Shown: positions 24,011 through 33,791, numbered from the stretch's first letter. The stretch is DNA of 59,274 bases from an uncultured Desulfobacterales bacterium (GCA_964502365.1 CAZCWQ010000004.1:1-59274), one strand, 5' to 3'. The notes: generated by a model not told the origin, from the sequence alone. Program-made: numbers and translations.

Positions 24011-25494
24011 CAAGACAAAAGGAACCATACAAAATACTGATTAATGCGGTAGATCCTGAGGAATGCCGAATCGCTGTGGTGAAAGGGGGCCGCCTGGAAA
24101 ATTTCAGCATTGAGACCGCCGCCGGGGAACTGATCCGGGGAAACATCTATAAAGGGATGGTCACTAGAGTGGAACCGAGCCTGCAAGCCGCCTTTGTTGA
24201 CTTCGGAACAAACAGAAATGGTTTCTTACAACAACACGAGATACACAGCGACTACTATATTGACGGAGCCACGGCAAACAAGAAGCGGGATACTACTATC
24301 CGCCACTTGATCGAGCCCCGTCAGGAACTCCTGGTTCAGGTGACCAAAGAGCCTGTCTTGAACAAAGGGGCCATGCTCACCACTTATATCTCCTTGCCTG
24401 GCCGTTACGCGGTCTTGCTGCCAGGTGGGGAAAACTCTGGGGTTTCGAGGAAAATAGAAGACGAAAAAGAAAGGCAGCGCCTCAAGGGTATCATGGATTC
24501 ACTGAAAATTCCCGAAGGCTTTGGCACTATTGTCCGTACCGCAGGCAAACACCAGAAAAAACGGGGGATCTCCAAGGACATCCGCTACCTGCTTCGCTTG
24601 TGGGAAAATATCAAGAAACAGGGCCTTTCCAAGCCAGCGTCTTGTCTCCTTTACAAAGAACGGCATCTTGCCATTCGTGCCATCCGTGATCGTTTCACAT
24701 CAGAGGTCAACGAAATCCTCGTGGACAACAAGGAAATCTATAGGGACGTCAAGGACTTCATGCGGATCGTATCTCCGAGGCACACGAAGATCGTCAAGCT
24801 GTACAAAGATCCCCGTCCCATGTTCACCAAGTATCAACTCGAGGATCAGATTTCTTCCATCTTTGCAAGCCGGGTTACGTTAAAATCCGGCGGTCATATT
24901 GTAATCAGCCCCACAGAGGCATTGGTCGCTATTGATGTCAATTCCGGCAAGTCCACCCGGGAAGGCTCCATGGAGAAGACTGCGTACGCAACCAATATGG
25001 AGGCCGCATCGGAAATTGCCAGGCAATTGCGCTTGCGGGATCTGGGCGGACTGATCGTTATCGACTTTATAGACATGCGTGATCGCAAACATAAACAAGC
25101 CGTGTTAAGAGCCATGAACGAGCATACCAAGCTTGACACAGCCCGCGTCAGCGTTGGCATGATATCCAAGTTCGGGCTCATGGAACTGGTTCGCCAGAGA
25201 ACCAGTGCATCCATTGAGTATGGCAGCTTTATCCCGTGCCCTCATTGTCATGGAAGAGGTTTGATTGCCTCAGCCGAGAAGCTCGCATTGGAATTTTTGA
25301 GGAGGCTTCGTTCTGAGATCCTGAAGAATAACATAAGACTAGTGAAGGGCATCGTGCCTGTCAATGTGGCAGACTACCTGCTCAATAGAAAACGAAAAGA
25401 AATCCTGGATGTGGAGATAAGTCGAAACATTACTATCATAATAGAAGGGGATCCAGCCTTGCAACCTGGGGAAAGCCGTATACTTCGTGAATAA
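24007..25494 (+). CDS. rng: Ribonuclease G (RNase E/G family)
   Basis: 495-aa ORF with an S1 domain (GNIYKGMVTRVEPSLQAAFVDFG) and the catalytic region VAIDVNSGK. Its ATG overlaps the stop of the upstream gene (ATGA). Confidence 0.9.
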   Translation: MTRQKEPYKILINAVDPEECRIAVVKGGRLENFSIETAAGELIRGNIYKGMVTRVEPSLQAAFVDFGTNRNGFLQQHEIHSDYYIDGATANKKRDTTIRHLIEPRQELLVQVTKEPVLNKGAMLTTYISLPGRYAVLLPGGENSGVSRKIEDEKERQRLKGIMDSLKIPEGFGTIVRTAGKHQKKRGISKDIRYLLRLWENIKKQGLSKPASCLLYKERHLAIRAIRDRFTSEVNEILVDNKEIYRDVKDFMRIVSPRHTKIVKLYKDPRPMFTKYQLEDQISSIFASRVTLKSGGHIVISPTEALVAIDVNSGKSTREGSMEKTAYATNMEAASEIARQLRLRDLGGLIVIDFIDMRDRKHKQAVLRAMNEHTKLDTARVSVGMISKFGLMELVRQRTSASIEYGSFIPCPHCHGRGLIASAEKLALEFLRRLRSEILKNNIRLVKGIVPVNVADYLLNRKRKEILDVEISRNITIIIEGDPALQPGESRILRE

Positions 25495-25583
25495 TGAGAG
25501 GTGCCAGCTTCGACATTTCATGTTGTTTCGATCCGACCGAATCTCCTTGACCTCCACTGGGTTTTTCTGTAAAGCCCGTGCTG

Positions 25584-25614
25584 AAACACTCTGTGGGTTA
25601 CCCAGAGTGTTTTT
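25584..25614 (+). terminator. Intrinsic terminator after rng
   Basis: AAACACTCT(gt)GGG tta CCC AGAGTGTTT forms a hairpin that runs into a T5 tract. Confidence 0.65.
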
Positions 25615-25686
25615 GAATATAGAGGGCTAGTTCTTGCTGGTGTCCAAACCATTGTTGATTGACGCCATAGATGAAGGAACCGTCTT

Positions 25687-26835
25687 ATGACCTTGGACAC
25701 ATTTGTTGATGTCTTGCTGGATATTTTGACCACACAAACCGGGCTTTTCCATGTACATTATAAACTCGTTATTATGTGGGGTATTGGGCTGTTCTTTATT
25801 TATTTGGCTGTAGCAAAGAAGTACGAACCTCTCCTCTTACTGCCCATCGGTTTTGGAATCTTCCTGGTTAACTTCCCACTGACCCCGCTCATGGGCTTTG
25901 ATGCCCATGGCAAAAGGGAACTCTTCAACATATTTTATTACTACGGCGTCCAATGGGAGGTCATCCCATGCGTCATATTTCTGGGTCTGGGGGCAATGAC
26001 CGATTTCGGGCCCCTTATTGCCAATCCCAAGACCTTGATCGTGGGCGCGGGCGCACAGCTTGGGGTCTTCATAACATTCCTGGGAGTCCTCCTTTTCGGA
26101 TTTACCATGAAAGAGGCCGCATCAGTGGCAATTATCGGAGGGGCCGACGGGCCCACCACCATCTACCTGACGGCAAAGCTGGCCCCCAATCTGTTGGGAG
26201 CTAATGCCCTTGCCGCTTATTCTTACATGGCCATGGTTCCGCTGATTCAACCCCCGATCATGAAACTTCTGACCACCAAGGAACAACGGCAGATTGTCAT
26301 GAAACAGTTGAGGCCCGTATCCAAGCGTGAAAAGATATTTTTTCCCCTCATCGTGGCAGGGGTTATAGCTCTCTTGGTCCCTGCAGTAACCCCCTTGATG
26401 GGGATGTTCATGCTTGGAAACTTCATGCGTGAAAGCGGGGTTGTTGACAGGCTGGCAGGCTCCGCACAGGGCTCCCTGATGAATATTGTCACCATATTCC
26501 TCGGGATCTCTGTAGGTGCCACCATGCAAGCCGAAAAGTTTCTTACGGCCAAACCATTACTGATCTTTACATTTGGGCTGCTGGATTTCGGTGTTTGTAC
26601 TGTAGGGGGCATCCTCACGGTAAGGATTATGAACATTTTTCTCAGGGACAAGATGAATCCCCTCATCGGTTCAGCAGGTGTTTCCGCAGTCCCCATGGCA
26701 GCACGGGTTTCGCAGGTGGTGGGACAACAGGAGAATCCGAATAACTTTTTACTCATGCACGCCATTGGCCCGAACCTAGCCGGTGTCATAGGAAGCGCGT
26801 CTGCAGCCGGTATGCTCATCGCCATGTTTGGTTGA
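25687..26835 (+). CDS. Na+-translocating decarboxylase beta subunit (OadB/GcdB/MmdB family)
   Basis: 382-aa ORF closely parallel to OadB, with the blocks KYEPLLLLPIGFG, GADGPT.IY, AYSYMA.VPLIQPPIMK and SAGVSAVPMAARVS. Confidence 0.9.
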   Translation: MTLDTFVDVLLDILTTQTGLFHVHYKLVIMWGIGLFFIYLAVAKKYEPLLLLPIGFGIFLVNFPLTPLMGFDAHGKRELFNIFYYYGVQWEVIPCVIFLGLGAMTDFGPLIANPKTLIVGAGAQLGVFITFLGVLLFGFTMKEAASVAIIGGADGPTTIYLTAKLAPNLLGANALAAYSYMAMVPLIQPPIMKLLTTKEQRQIVMKQLRPVSKREKIFFPLIVAGVIALLVPAVTPLMGMFMLGNFMRESGVVDRLAGSAQGSLMNIVTIFLGISVGATMQAEKFLTAKPLLIFTFGLLDFGVCTVGGILTVRIMNIFLRDKMNPLIGSAGVSAVPMAARVSQVVGQQENPNNFLLMHAIGPNLAGVIGSASAAGMLIAMFG

Positions 26836-26893
26836 GGTAAAGCAAGTGAGCTAAAGTGCCACTTGAACTGAGATACGAAAGGACAAGTAAAGA

Positions 26894-27127
26894 ATGGAAA
26901 CTATCGACTGGAACTATGCTATTTCCACATTGGTTATACGCTTTGTAGGCATATTCATTGTCCTTGGCGTCCTCCAGGTGATCATGCAGATTACGGGCAG
27001 AGTCTTCACCCGACTGGACGCCAAGAAGGATTCGGACTCACAGAAGACTTCTGCCACTTCAGAGGGACTCACGCCGGAGGAAGCCGCCGTTGTGGGCGTG
27101 GCTTTGTACTTATGCGAGAAAGGATGA
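26894..27127 (+). CDS. OadG-like small membrane subunit of the Na+-decarboxylase
   Basis: 77-aa ORF with a single N-terminal TM helix (FVGIFIVLGVLQVIM). It lies directly after the beta subunit. Confidence 0.6.
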   Translation: METIDWNYAISTLVIRFVGIFIVLGVLQVIMQITGRVFTRLDAKKDSDSQKTSATSEGLTPEEAAVVGVALYLCEKG

Positions 27128-27372
27128 CAGTCTGGCCTCCGTCGTGGTCCGTTCCCGCCAAAGGATCTTAGAATGATTGGCTTTCCCGGAATCTTGCCAA
27201 AAAAACCATAAATAATTTGACTTCGCACAGAAAAGTGGCTTATCATAAAATCAATCAATAAAGGGCCGTCTCTATTGGCGTCCCGGTTTCGTTCCGAGGG
27301 AAGATCCATTTGTCAAGAGTGGCAACCTGAAGTTTGGAACCTTGAGAATTTTTTTGAAAGGAGGGTGTCACT

Positions 27373-27573
27373 ATGGCCGATGGAATTGTGAAGTGGTTTA
27401 ATGACCACAAAGGCTACGGCTTCATTGAGCAGGAAGATGGCCCGGATGTATTTGTTCATCATTCAGGGATCAACGCCAGCGGTTTTAAATCTCTCAATGA
27501 AGGCGACAGGGTAACCTTTGATGTCGAGCAGGGCACAAAAGGTCCTTCTGCGGTTAATGTAACTGTCGTCTAA
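27373..27573 (+). CDS. cspA: Cold-shock protein (CspA family)
   Basis: 66-aa ORF with the RNP1 motif KGYGFI and the RNP2 motif VFVHH. Confidence 0.95.
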   Translation: MADGIVKWFNDHKGYGFIEQEDGPDVFVHHSGINASGFKSLNEGDRVTFDVEQGTKGPSAVNVTVV

Positions 27574-27594
27574 GTCGCTTTTCAAACCCACAAC

Positions 27595-27634
27595 AGGGCA
27601 TTCCATCGATTCAGATGGAGTGCCCTCTTTCGTT
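27595..27634. terminator. Shared hairpin terminator between convergent cspA and the MFS gene
   Basis: AGGGCATTCCATC gattca GATGGAGTGCCCT forms 13 bp including one G-U pair. CTTTCGTT follows it. Confidence 0.55.
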
Positions 27635-27656
27635 CCCCAAGCGTGTTTCAGATTAT

Positions 27657-28973
27657 TCACTCTTCTAGGGCCAGAACGCGCGCCCTCTTCGGGTCCACGC
27701 GGCTCAACAAGATCATCCCCACTGCAAAGAATAAGACCAATGATACAATGGCGTTTCGAGGATTATCAGAAAGGTCTGTAACCAGACCAAAGGTCAGGGG
27801 TCCGAATATGGAAGCGAACTTTGCGCTGATAGTAAAAAACCCGAAGAACTCTGCCGGCCTTTGCCGTGGAATCAGACGCCCGTAAAGGGATCGACTAACA
27901 GCCTGACTGCCGCCCAAAATAAGGCCGACGAGTCCTCCGAGTATCCAGAACTCAACGGCCGATCTCAAGAAATAGGCGTATGTCACAATGCCAATCCACA
28001 ATGCCAGTGAGACCATGATCGCGCCTTTAGCCTGTACGTGTTGGGCCAGCTTGCCGAATAGTAACGCCCCTGGCAGGGCAATTACCTGTGTCATTAGAAG
28101 CGTGCCGATCAAAGTCCCAATATCAAGACCAAGGGCAGTCTTACCAAAGATGGCTGCCATGCCGATTACGGTTTGAATGCCATCGTTATAAATGAGGAAT
28201 GCGGCAAGGAACCATAGCAGATCCCGATAGTTCCCGAAAGATTTTAGCGTCTTGAAGAAGCGGATAAAGCCGTACCTAACATAAGAAAATCTTACCGGTT
28301 TCTCCTGAAGCCGCCCGGCCTCAGGAACCCACAAAAACACGGGAACAGCAAAAAGTCCCCACCAAATACCCACAGAGGCAAGGCAGATCCGAATGATCAT
28401 TGATCTGTCAGTAAATCCGAAAGTATCGTAACAACTAATCATAAGCACGTGCAGGGCCAGCAGAAGGCCTCCGCCAGCATAGCCGAAGGCATAGCCCTTC
28501 GCAGAAATCCAATCTATTTCTTTTTCAGACGCAATCTTAGGCAAGAAGGCATTATAAAAGGGCATGCCGCCGGCAAATCCTACGTTGGCAACTGCAAAGA
28601 GGCCGAGACAAAACAACCAGTCCCCTTCTTGAACACAATACAAGAGTGATGTGAACAGAGCTCCAGTGTATGTAAAGGCGCAAAGGAACTTCTTCTTGGA
28701 ACTTGAAAAATCAGCCAAGGCCCCCAGTATTGGTGCCCCCAGGGCGACCATGAGGACCGAAAAGGAGATGCCGTAGGCCCAAAGACCGCTCGCCGATGCC
28801 GTAAACTTCAGTGAGCCCCACCGCACCGTGACCCCTTCTGGCGGCACCAGCGTGGCAAAATAGACCGGCAGAATTGCTGCCAGGACACTGGTGGCAAATG
28901 CGGAGTTGGCCCAGTCATACATGCACCAGGCAAATACTGTCTGTTTTCTGGTTGGACGCAACGATAGTTTCAT
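27657..28973 (-). CDS. MFS transporter (UMF1/Atg22-like family)
   Basis: 438-aa ORF with about 12 TM segments and an N-terminus (AWCMYDWANSAF) typical of the UMF1 family. Confidence 0.8.
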   Translation of the reverse strand: MKLSLRPTRKQTVFAWCMYDWANSAFATSVLAAILPVYFATLVPPEGVTVRWGSLKFTASASGLWAYGISFSVLMVALGAPILGALADFSSSKKKFLCAFTYTGALFTSLLYCVQEGDWLFCLGLFAVANVGFAGGMPFYNAFLPKIASEKEIDWISAKGYAFGYAGGGLLLALHVLMISCYDTFGFTDRSMIIRICLASVGIWWGLFAVPVFLWVPEAGRLQEKPVRFSYVRYGFIRFFKTLKSFGNYRDLLWFLAAFLIYNDGIQTVIGMAAIFGKTALGLDIGTLIGTLLMTQVIALPGALLFGKLAQHVQAKGAIMVSLALWIGIVTYAYFLRSAVEFWILGGLVGLILGGSQAVSRSLYGRLIPRQRPAEFFGFFTISAKFASIFGPLTFGLVTDLSDNPRNAIVSLVLFFAVGMILLSRVDPKRARVLALEE

Positions 28974-28984
28974 GTTTATATACA

Positions 28985-29253
28985 GAGTTGAACCCTAATT
29001 GAGCGAAAGTCGAGGATGCCCCAGATCCAAGGCGTCGAGGGTGAAGCCGTAGTAAACTACTGCGAACCCTTGACAACACAGGAGATGGGGTATCATCGGC
29101 TTTCCCGAAGGGTAAACAAAATTAAGTTCTAAAAGACAAATTACGGCTCACTAATAGAAGAGATATGCTCCTCCAAAGGAATCTGCAAATACTCTTTGCT
29201 GTTAATATGTTACAGTATCTCTTCATTTTGTTCACGCTCATTTAGGGTTGAAG
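28985..29253. repeat. Nested inverted-repeat element in the MFS leader: 19-nt flanking inverted repeats enclosing a ~100-nt imperfect hairpin and a second hairpin
   Basis: The left repeat is 28987-29005 (GTTGAACCCTAATTGAGCG) and the right repeat is 29235-29253 (CGCTCATTTAGGGTTGAAG); 16 of 19 positions are complementary. The long hairpin spans 29005-29104 with its apex near 29055. A 9-bp stem pairs 29158-29166 with 29217-29225. Confidence 0.6.
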
Positions 29254-29357
29254 TTGGCCGCTTTGTCCGTTATTTAGAAAAGACCTCATCATCCCTCCCC
29301 AGATTGCATGGAATGTGGACTATCTGATGCACTGAGTAGCAAATGATTAGGTGATAG

Positions 29358-30233
29358 ATGCCCAAAGAATTGAGTCATATCCTGATTGCTCACAATGTCT
29401 TCGCTCAAGCGAAAGGATCTGCACAGGAATGTTTCGCCCGCGTAATTGAGAAAAACCTCTCAGCCTTTTACCTGGGAGCAATAATCCCGGATGCTTTTTT
29501 CTACGATGTAACGCCTTTTCGCAAATTTTCTCAAGACTACTCTTACATCTCTCGTGCCCTTCACCAGGAAGAAGGGTACAAGAATGACGAAAGGGCCTTG
29601 AGCCTCTTTCCCGCCATTAGATGCAATCCTTGCCATTGGCCTCTAAAAGTAGCCTTTGCTGCGGGGGTTGTAACACATACAGTAAGTGACCGTATCATTC
29701 ATGGAGTCATAGACTACTACACGACAAGCTTGGGCCAAGAGGGAAGTCTTGCCACAACAATCCACCGCGAGTTTGAGACGCTGATCGATATGGTGCTGCT
29801 GAAGCGTGTGGGCCTGCATCCAAGAAATTTTCAATGGGAAACCCTGGTAAGTGTGGATCGAACCACACGCGCTCGCCTGTTCAACTTCTATCTCACACAT
29901 TTAATGGGAGACCAGCGTGCCTTACATCCTTGTCTCATAGTCGCCCTCAGGCGGGCTTACGGCCAACAATGTTTTTTCTTGAAACTTTTTACTATGAAAT
30001 CCTTATACCACACCATGAATTTGTCAAACAGGCTCATGGGAGAGCGTGTGAGGGTATGGTCCAGTTTGTTTTATCCGGAAACGATTGGAACGGAAAATCT
30101 TAAGATTATGCACCATCTTGATTTAGACTCCCTAACGGATGGCCGTTCCTTTTTGGGACCGCTGCACGCCCTTGTAAAGGAAACCACGACCAGTGCGCTC
30201 CGCAACCTTTGTGTTGGCCTAAACAGGTTGTGA
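29358..30233 (+). CDS. Hypothetical protein, possibly zinc-dependent phospholipase C-like
   Basis: 291-aa ORF. The N-terminal SHILIAH and several His/Asp-containing helices resemble the Zn-dependent PLC fold family. The assignment is tentative. Confidence 0.5.
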   Translation: MPKELSHILIAHNVFAQAKGSAQECFARVIEKNLSAFYLGAIIPDAFFYDVTPFRKFSQDYSYISRALHQEEGYKNDERALSLFPAIRCNPCHWPLKVAFAAGVVTHTVSDRIIHGVIDYYTTSLGQEGSLATTIHREFETLIDMVLLKRVGLHPRNFQWETLVSVDRTTRARLFNFYLTHLMGDQRALHPCLIVALRRAYGQQCFFLKLFTMKSLYHTMNLSNRLMGERVRVWSSLFYPETIGTENLKIMHHLDLDSLTDGRSFLGPLHALVKETTTSALRNLCVGLNRL

Positions 30234-30599
30234 CACAGAACAATATTGCACGGCGTAGGCATACAAGGCGAGCAGATTTAGCCCAGTTTCCATCCATAAA
30301 TGGCCCTTTTTCCTCTGAGCAGCGTTCTCCGCGGGTTTTCGCCTGCGACGTACGAAAAGTACGTCTCGGCATAAACCCTTGTGCGGCCTTGCTCAGAGAA
30401 AACATTTCTCATTTCTGAACAGGAAACTAACGCAAGTGCCCATTGTTTGAAGATTCATTTATGGATGGGCACTAGCCTAAGAATATCCTTATGATATCGT
30501 AGGGGTACATGTGCCATCGCAACCCTGATTAGTGTTGACAGCACACATGTAATCCTGTAACTAGCCCATCCATGAAATGCTCGGCAAAGGCCTGGAGGG

Positions 30600-31367
30600 G
30601 TGAATTTAACGAACAAAATGCGTAAATATCTCCTTTTTGCTGCTTTCTGTGGCGTCATAATTGGGGGTGGGTCTTGGCTACTTTTGAGGCAAGCTGAACC
30701 GCCGGAGACACCGCCTGAAAGTGCAGCTGTATCAGGTAACAAGAAAAAGATACTGATTCCTCCCGAGAAGATCATTGACTACGGCAAGTTGAAAGATCAC
30801 AGTGACGAGGCGCTTAGCGATTTGATGAAAGAGCGCAAAGAAGCATACGGCATCGAAAGTAGCATTGATATGATTGTAAGGTCAGACGAATCTATCAGGG
30901 TTGGAGACAAAACCGTTCCAGTGCAAAAAATACTGGATGAAGTCCGGCTCACCCAGGGAAAAATCTTGGAGACCGACCTTACGACGGGGGCCAGAAAAGA
31001 AAAGCCCGGTGAATTTGGGATTTACGTAGTTCACCAGAACAGTAACATATGGGATATTCACTTCAAGCTTCTAAAGGACTATTATAAGCGCAAGGGGATA
31101 CAGCTTTCTCCCTTGGCCGACGAACCGGACCATGTCGGGCGCAGTTCCGGTGTTGGCAAGATATTGAAATTTTCAGAACACATGGTTCAAGTTTACAATC
31201 TTAAAGAGCACAAAGTGGAAACAAATTTGAATCAGATATACCCATTGTCTAAAATCGTAATATACAATATGGGTACCATATACGCCCTTCTGGACCGAAT
31301 TGATTACAAAGATGTTAACCGGATCGAGTTCGATGGTGAGACGTTGTGGTTACCGGCTGAGCAGTAG
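30600..31367 (+). CDS. Membrane-anchored hypothetical protein with a LysM-like segment (the ATG at 30618 is an alternative start)
   Basis: 255-aa ORF with an N-terminal TM helix (YLLFAAFCGVIIGGGSWLLL). The segment YVVHQNSNIWDIHFKLL resembles a LysM core. Confidence 0.55.
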   Translation: MNLTNKMRKYLLFAAFCGVIIGGGSWLLLRQAEPPETPPESAAVSGNKKKILIPPEKIIDYGKLKDHSDEALSDLMKERKEAYGIESSIDMIVRSDESIRVGDKTVPVQKILDEVRLTQGKILETDLTTGARKEKPGEFGIYVVHQNSNIWDIHFKLLKDYYKRKGIQLSPLADEPDHVGRSSGVGKILKFSEHMVQVYNLKEHKVETNLNQIYPLSKIVIYNMGTIYALLDRIDYKDVNRIEFDGETLWLPAEQ

Positions 31368-31405
31368 TAAAATGTAACCCTTCTGGGTAACCAACACAAT
31401 AGGCA

Positions 31406-32698
31406 ATGATCAAACGATACACCCGTGAGGCCATGGGCCTCATCTGGACAGAAGAGAACAGGTTCCAGACTTGGCTTCAGGTTGAGGTTCTGGTTTGCGA
31501 AGCATTGGCCAAGACCGGCAAGATTCCAAAGAAGGCTGCACAAAACATCCGGAAGAAGGCACAGTTTTCTGTTGAAAGGATCGAGGCTATTGAGGCCGAG
31601 ACCAAGCACGACGTGATTGCCTTTTTAACCGATGTGGCACGGACCGTTGGCTCGGATGCGCGCTACATTCATTTGGGGCTAACGTCTTCGGACGTTCTGG
31701 ACACAGCCATGGCAGTCAGGCTCCGCCAGGCATCCAACATGATCTTGAAGGGCTGTGACCGGATGCTAGCCACCCTCAAGAAAAAAGCCATGGTTCACAA
31801 ACACACCGTAATGGTGGGGCGATCTCATGGCATCCACGCGGAACCGATCACATTCGGCCTCAAGCTTGCCCTGTGGTACGACGAAATGCGGCGAAACCGC
31901 CGACGAATGAAACAGGCCATGGAAACGATCAGTGTCGGCAAGATCTCGGGGGCTGTCGGCACCTTTGCCCACATCTCGCCAAAGGTGGAAGCCCACGTGT
32001 GTCGAAAACTTGGGCTGAAGCCAGCTCCCATTTCTACACAAATCATCCAGAGAGACCGGTATGCCGAGTACTTCACAACGTTGGCCATCATGGCGTCGTC
32101 AATAGAGAAAATGGCAGTGGAAATTCGGCACCTCCAAAGGACAGAAGTTTTGGAAGCTGAGGAGTATTTTTCAAAAGGACAAAAAGGGTCTTCTGCCATG
32201 CCACACAAACGCAACCCGATCTCATCGGAAAATCTTTCCGGCCTCGCGAGATTGGTGCGCTCCAATGCGTCTGCCGCACTAAATAACATTCCCCTCTGGC
32301 ATGAGCGCGACATCAGCCATTCTTCAGTGGAAAGGGTGATTATTCCTGACAGTACAATCCTGGTTGACTACATGCTGGACCGTATGACATCGGTTATTCG
32401 TCATCTTGTGGTCTATCCTAAACGGATGCAGCAGAACTTGGAAATGACCCATGGGCTCATCTTTTCCCAAAAGATACTTCTGGCATTGGCTAAACGAGGA
32501 GTCGCGCGAGAAGAGGCCTACCGGATGGTCCAAAAGCAAGCCATGCGGGCGTGGAAGTCGAATAAAAACTTCAAAGACCTTGTGGAAAGTGATGAGGATA
32601 TTGCCAAGTTTCTTAAACGCGAGGAGATTGAAGAAGTGTTTGACATAAATTCCCAACTTAGACATGTGGACACTATCTTTGCCCGTGTTTTCAAATAG
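31406..32698 (+). CDS. purB: Adenylosuccinate lyase
   Basis: 430-aa ORF with the fumarate-lyase signature GSSAMPHKRNP and a PurB-type N-terminus. Confidence 0.95.
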   Translation: MIKRYTREAMGLIWTEENRFQTWLQVEVLVCEALAKTGKIPKKAAQNIRKKAQFSVERIEAIEAETKHDVIAFLTDVARTVGSDARYIHLGLTSSDVLDTAMAVRLRQASNMILKGCDRMLATLKKKAMVHKHTVMVGRSHGIHAEPITFGLKLALWYDEMRRNRRRMKQAMETISVGKISGAVGTFAHISPKVEAHVCRKLGLKPAPISTQIIQRDRYAEYFTTLAIMASSIEKMAVEIRHLQRTEVLEAEEYFSKGQKGSSAMPHKRNPISSENLSGLARLVRSNASAALNNIPLWHERDISHSSVERVIIPDSTILVDYMLDRMTSVIRHLVVYPKRMQQNLEMTHGLIFSQKILLALAKRGVAREEAYRMVQKQAMRAWKSNKNFKDLVESDEDIAKFLKREEIEEVFDINSQLRHVDTIFARVFK

Positions 32699-32731
32699 AA
32701 CCGCAGAACCGTATTGTGAGTTCATAAACAT

Positions 32732-33370
32732 ATGACTACTTTTCTCGGCAGGCTTAACATTTTCCTCGTGGCAACCTTGTTGTTATTTACTGCAAATTGC
32801 ACTAAAGTGAATAGGCTTGTTCAATCTGCCGACCCCTATAAGACAGAGACTTACAAGAGGATCTGTGACAAGTGGACCCGTGAAGCTCGCATTCATCGAG
32901 GGCTCGAGGTACTCCTCATTGCTTCGGCGACTTTGAAGTCTGACGAATTTCGCCGTGCCTATGCAGAGGAATACGCAGCGGCTTACGAACTAACATCAGA
33001 AGAAGAAGAACCGTATCTAGAAAACCAGGTCGATGTGTCCTGCCGAGAACACGAGTTTCTAATGGCAGGCTTTGTGCCTGAGAATAGTTGGGATGACTTT
33101 GACAAGGTCAAATCGATGTGGAAGCTCTATCTGGTTAATGACAAGAACGAACGCGTGGTACCGATTGAAGTCAGAAAGATTAAGCGACGCGACGCTGTCA
33201 TGCCTCATTTCTTTCCGTATATCACGCCGTGGAAGTCTGTCTACACTGTGAGGTTTCCTCACAACATAGGTAAAAGCGACCGGCCGATCATTGGCGGCGA
33301 CACAAAGCAAGTCAGGTTAGTCATCACAGGCGTGCTTGGTACTGCTGAGATGGCTTGGAATCTGGAGTAA
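32732..33370 (+). CDS. Hypothetical exported protein or lipoprotein
   Basis: 212-aa ORF with a hydrophobic N-terminus ending in ...LLFTANC. I recognise no family. Confidence 0.55.
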   Translation: MTTFLGRLNIFLVATLLLFTANCTKVNRLVQSADPYKTETYKRICDKWTREARIHRGLEVLLIASATLKSDEFRRAYAEEYAAAYELTSEEEEPYLENQVDVSCREHEFLMAGFVPENSWDDFDKVKSMWKLYLVNDKNERVVPIEVRKIKRRDAVMPHFFPYITPWKSVYTVRFPHNIGKSDRPIIGGDTKQVRLVITGVLGTAEMAWNLE

Positions 33371-33445
33371 TTGTGAGTTAAGAGTTAGAGCCCATATCCT
33401 TTCGTGATTTTGTGGCCAAGAATTCTATAAAAGGAGGTATTCATT

Positions 33446-33775
33446 TTGATCAATGTTGCTTATGCCTTGGGTACCGGGGGGACAGCATCAGGACAGGGCG
33501 GCGGATTTGGGGCCTTTGTTCCTCTGATCCTAATGTTTGTCATATTCTATTTCCTTTTGATTCGTCCCCAACAAAAGAAACAGAAGCAGCACCGTCAGAT
33601 GATCAGTGACCTGAAAAAAGGCGATCGTGTTGTTACCAGTGGTGGTCTGTATGGCCGGGTCACAGGGCTTACCGACGCGGTAGTGACCCTTGAGATCTCC
33701 GAGAAGGTTCGTGTCAAAGTCGCCAGAGCCAACATCTCAGGTATAGTGCAAACTGATAAGCAGAGCGCGAAATGA
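33446..33775 (+). CDS. yajC: Preprotein translocase subunit YajC
   Basis: 109-aa ORF with the motifs LIRPQQKKQK and GDRVVTSGGLYGRVTG. Confidence 0.9.
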   Translation: MINVAYALGTGGTASGQGGGFGAFVPLILMFVIFYFLLIRPQQKKQKQHRQMISDLKKGDRVVTSGGLYGRVTGLTDAVVTLEISEKVRVKVARANISGIVQTDKQSAK

Positions 33776-33791
33776 GAGTCGTCATGAGACT

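Noticed and set aside
28985-29253. Retron (msr-msd) interpretation of the nested inverted-repeat element
   Set aside because: The topology fits, but no reverse transcriptase ORF follows it or occurs anywhere in the window; the next gene is an MFS transporter. I kept it only as a structural observation.
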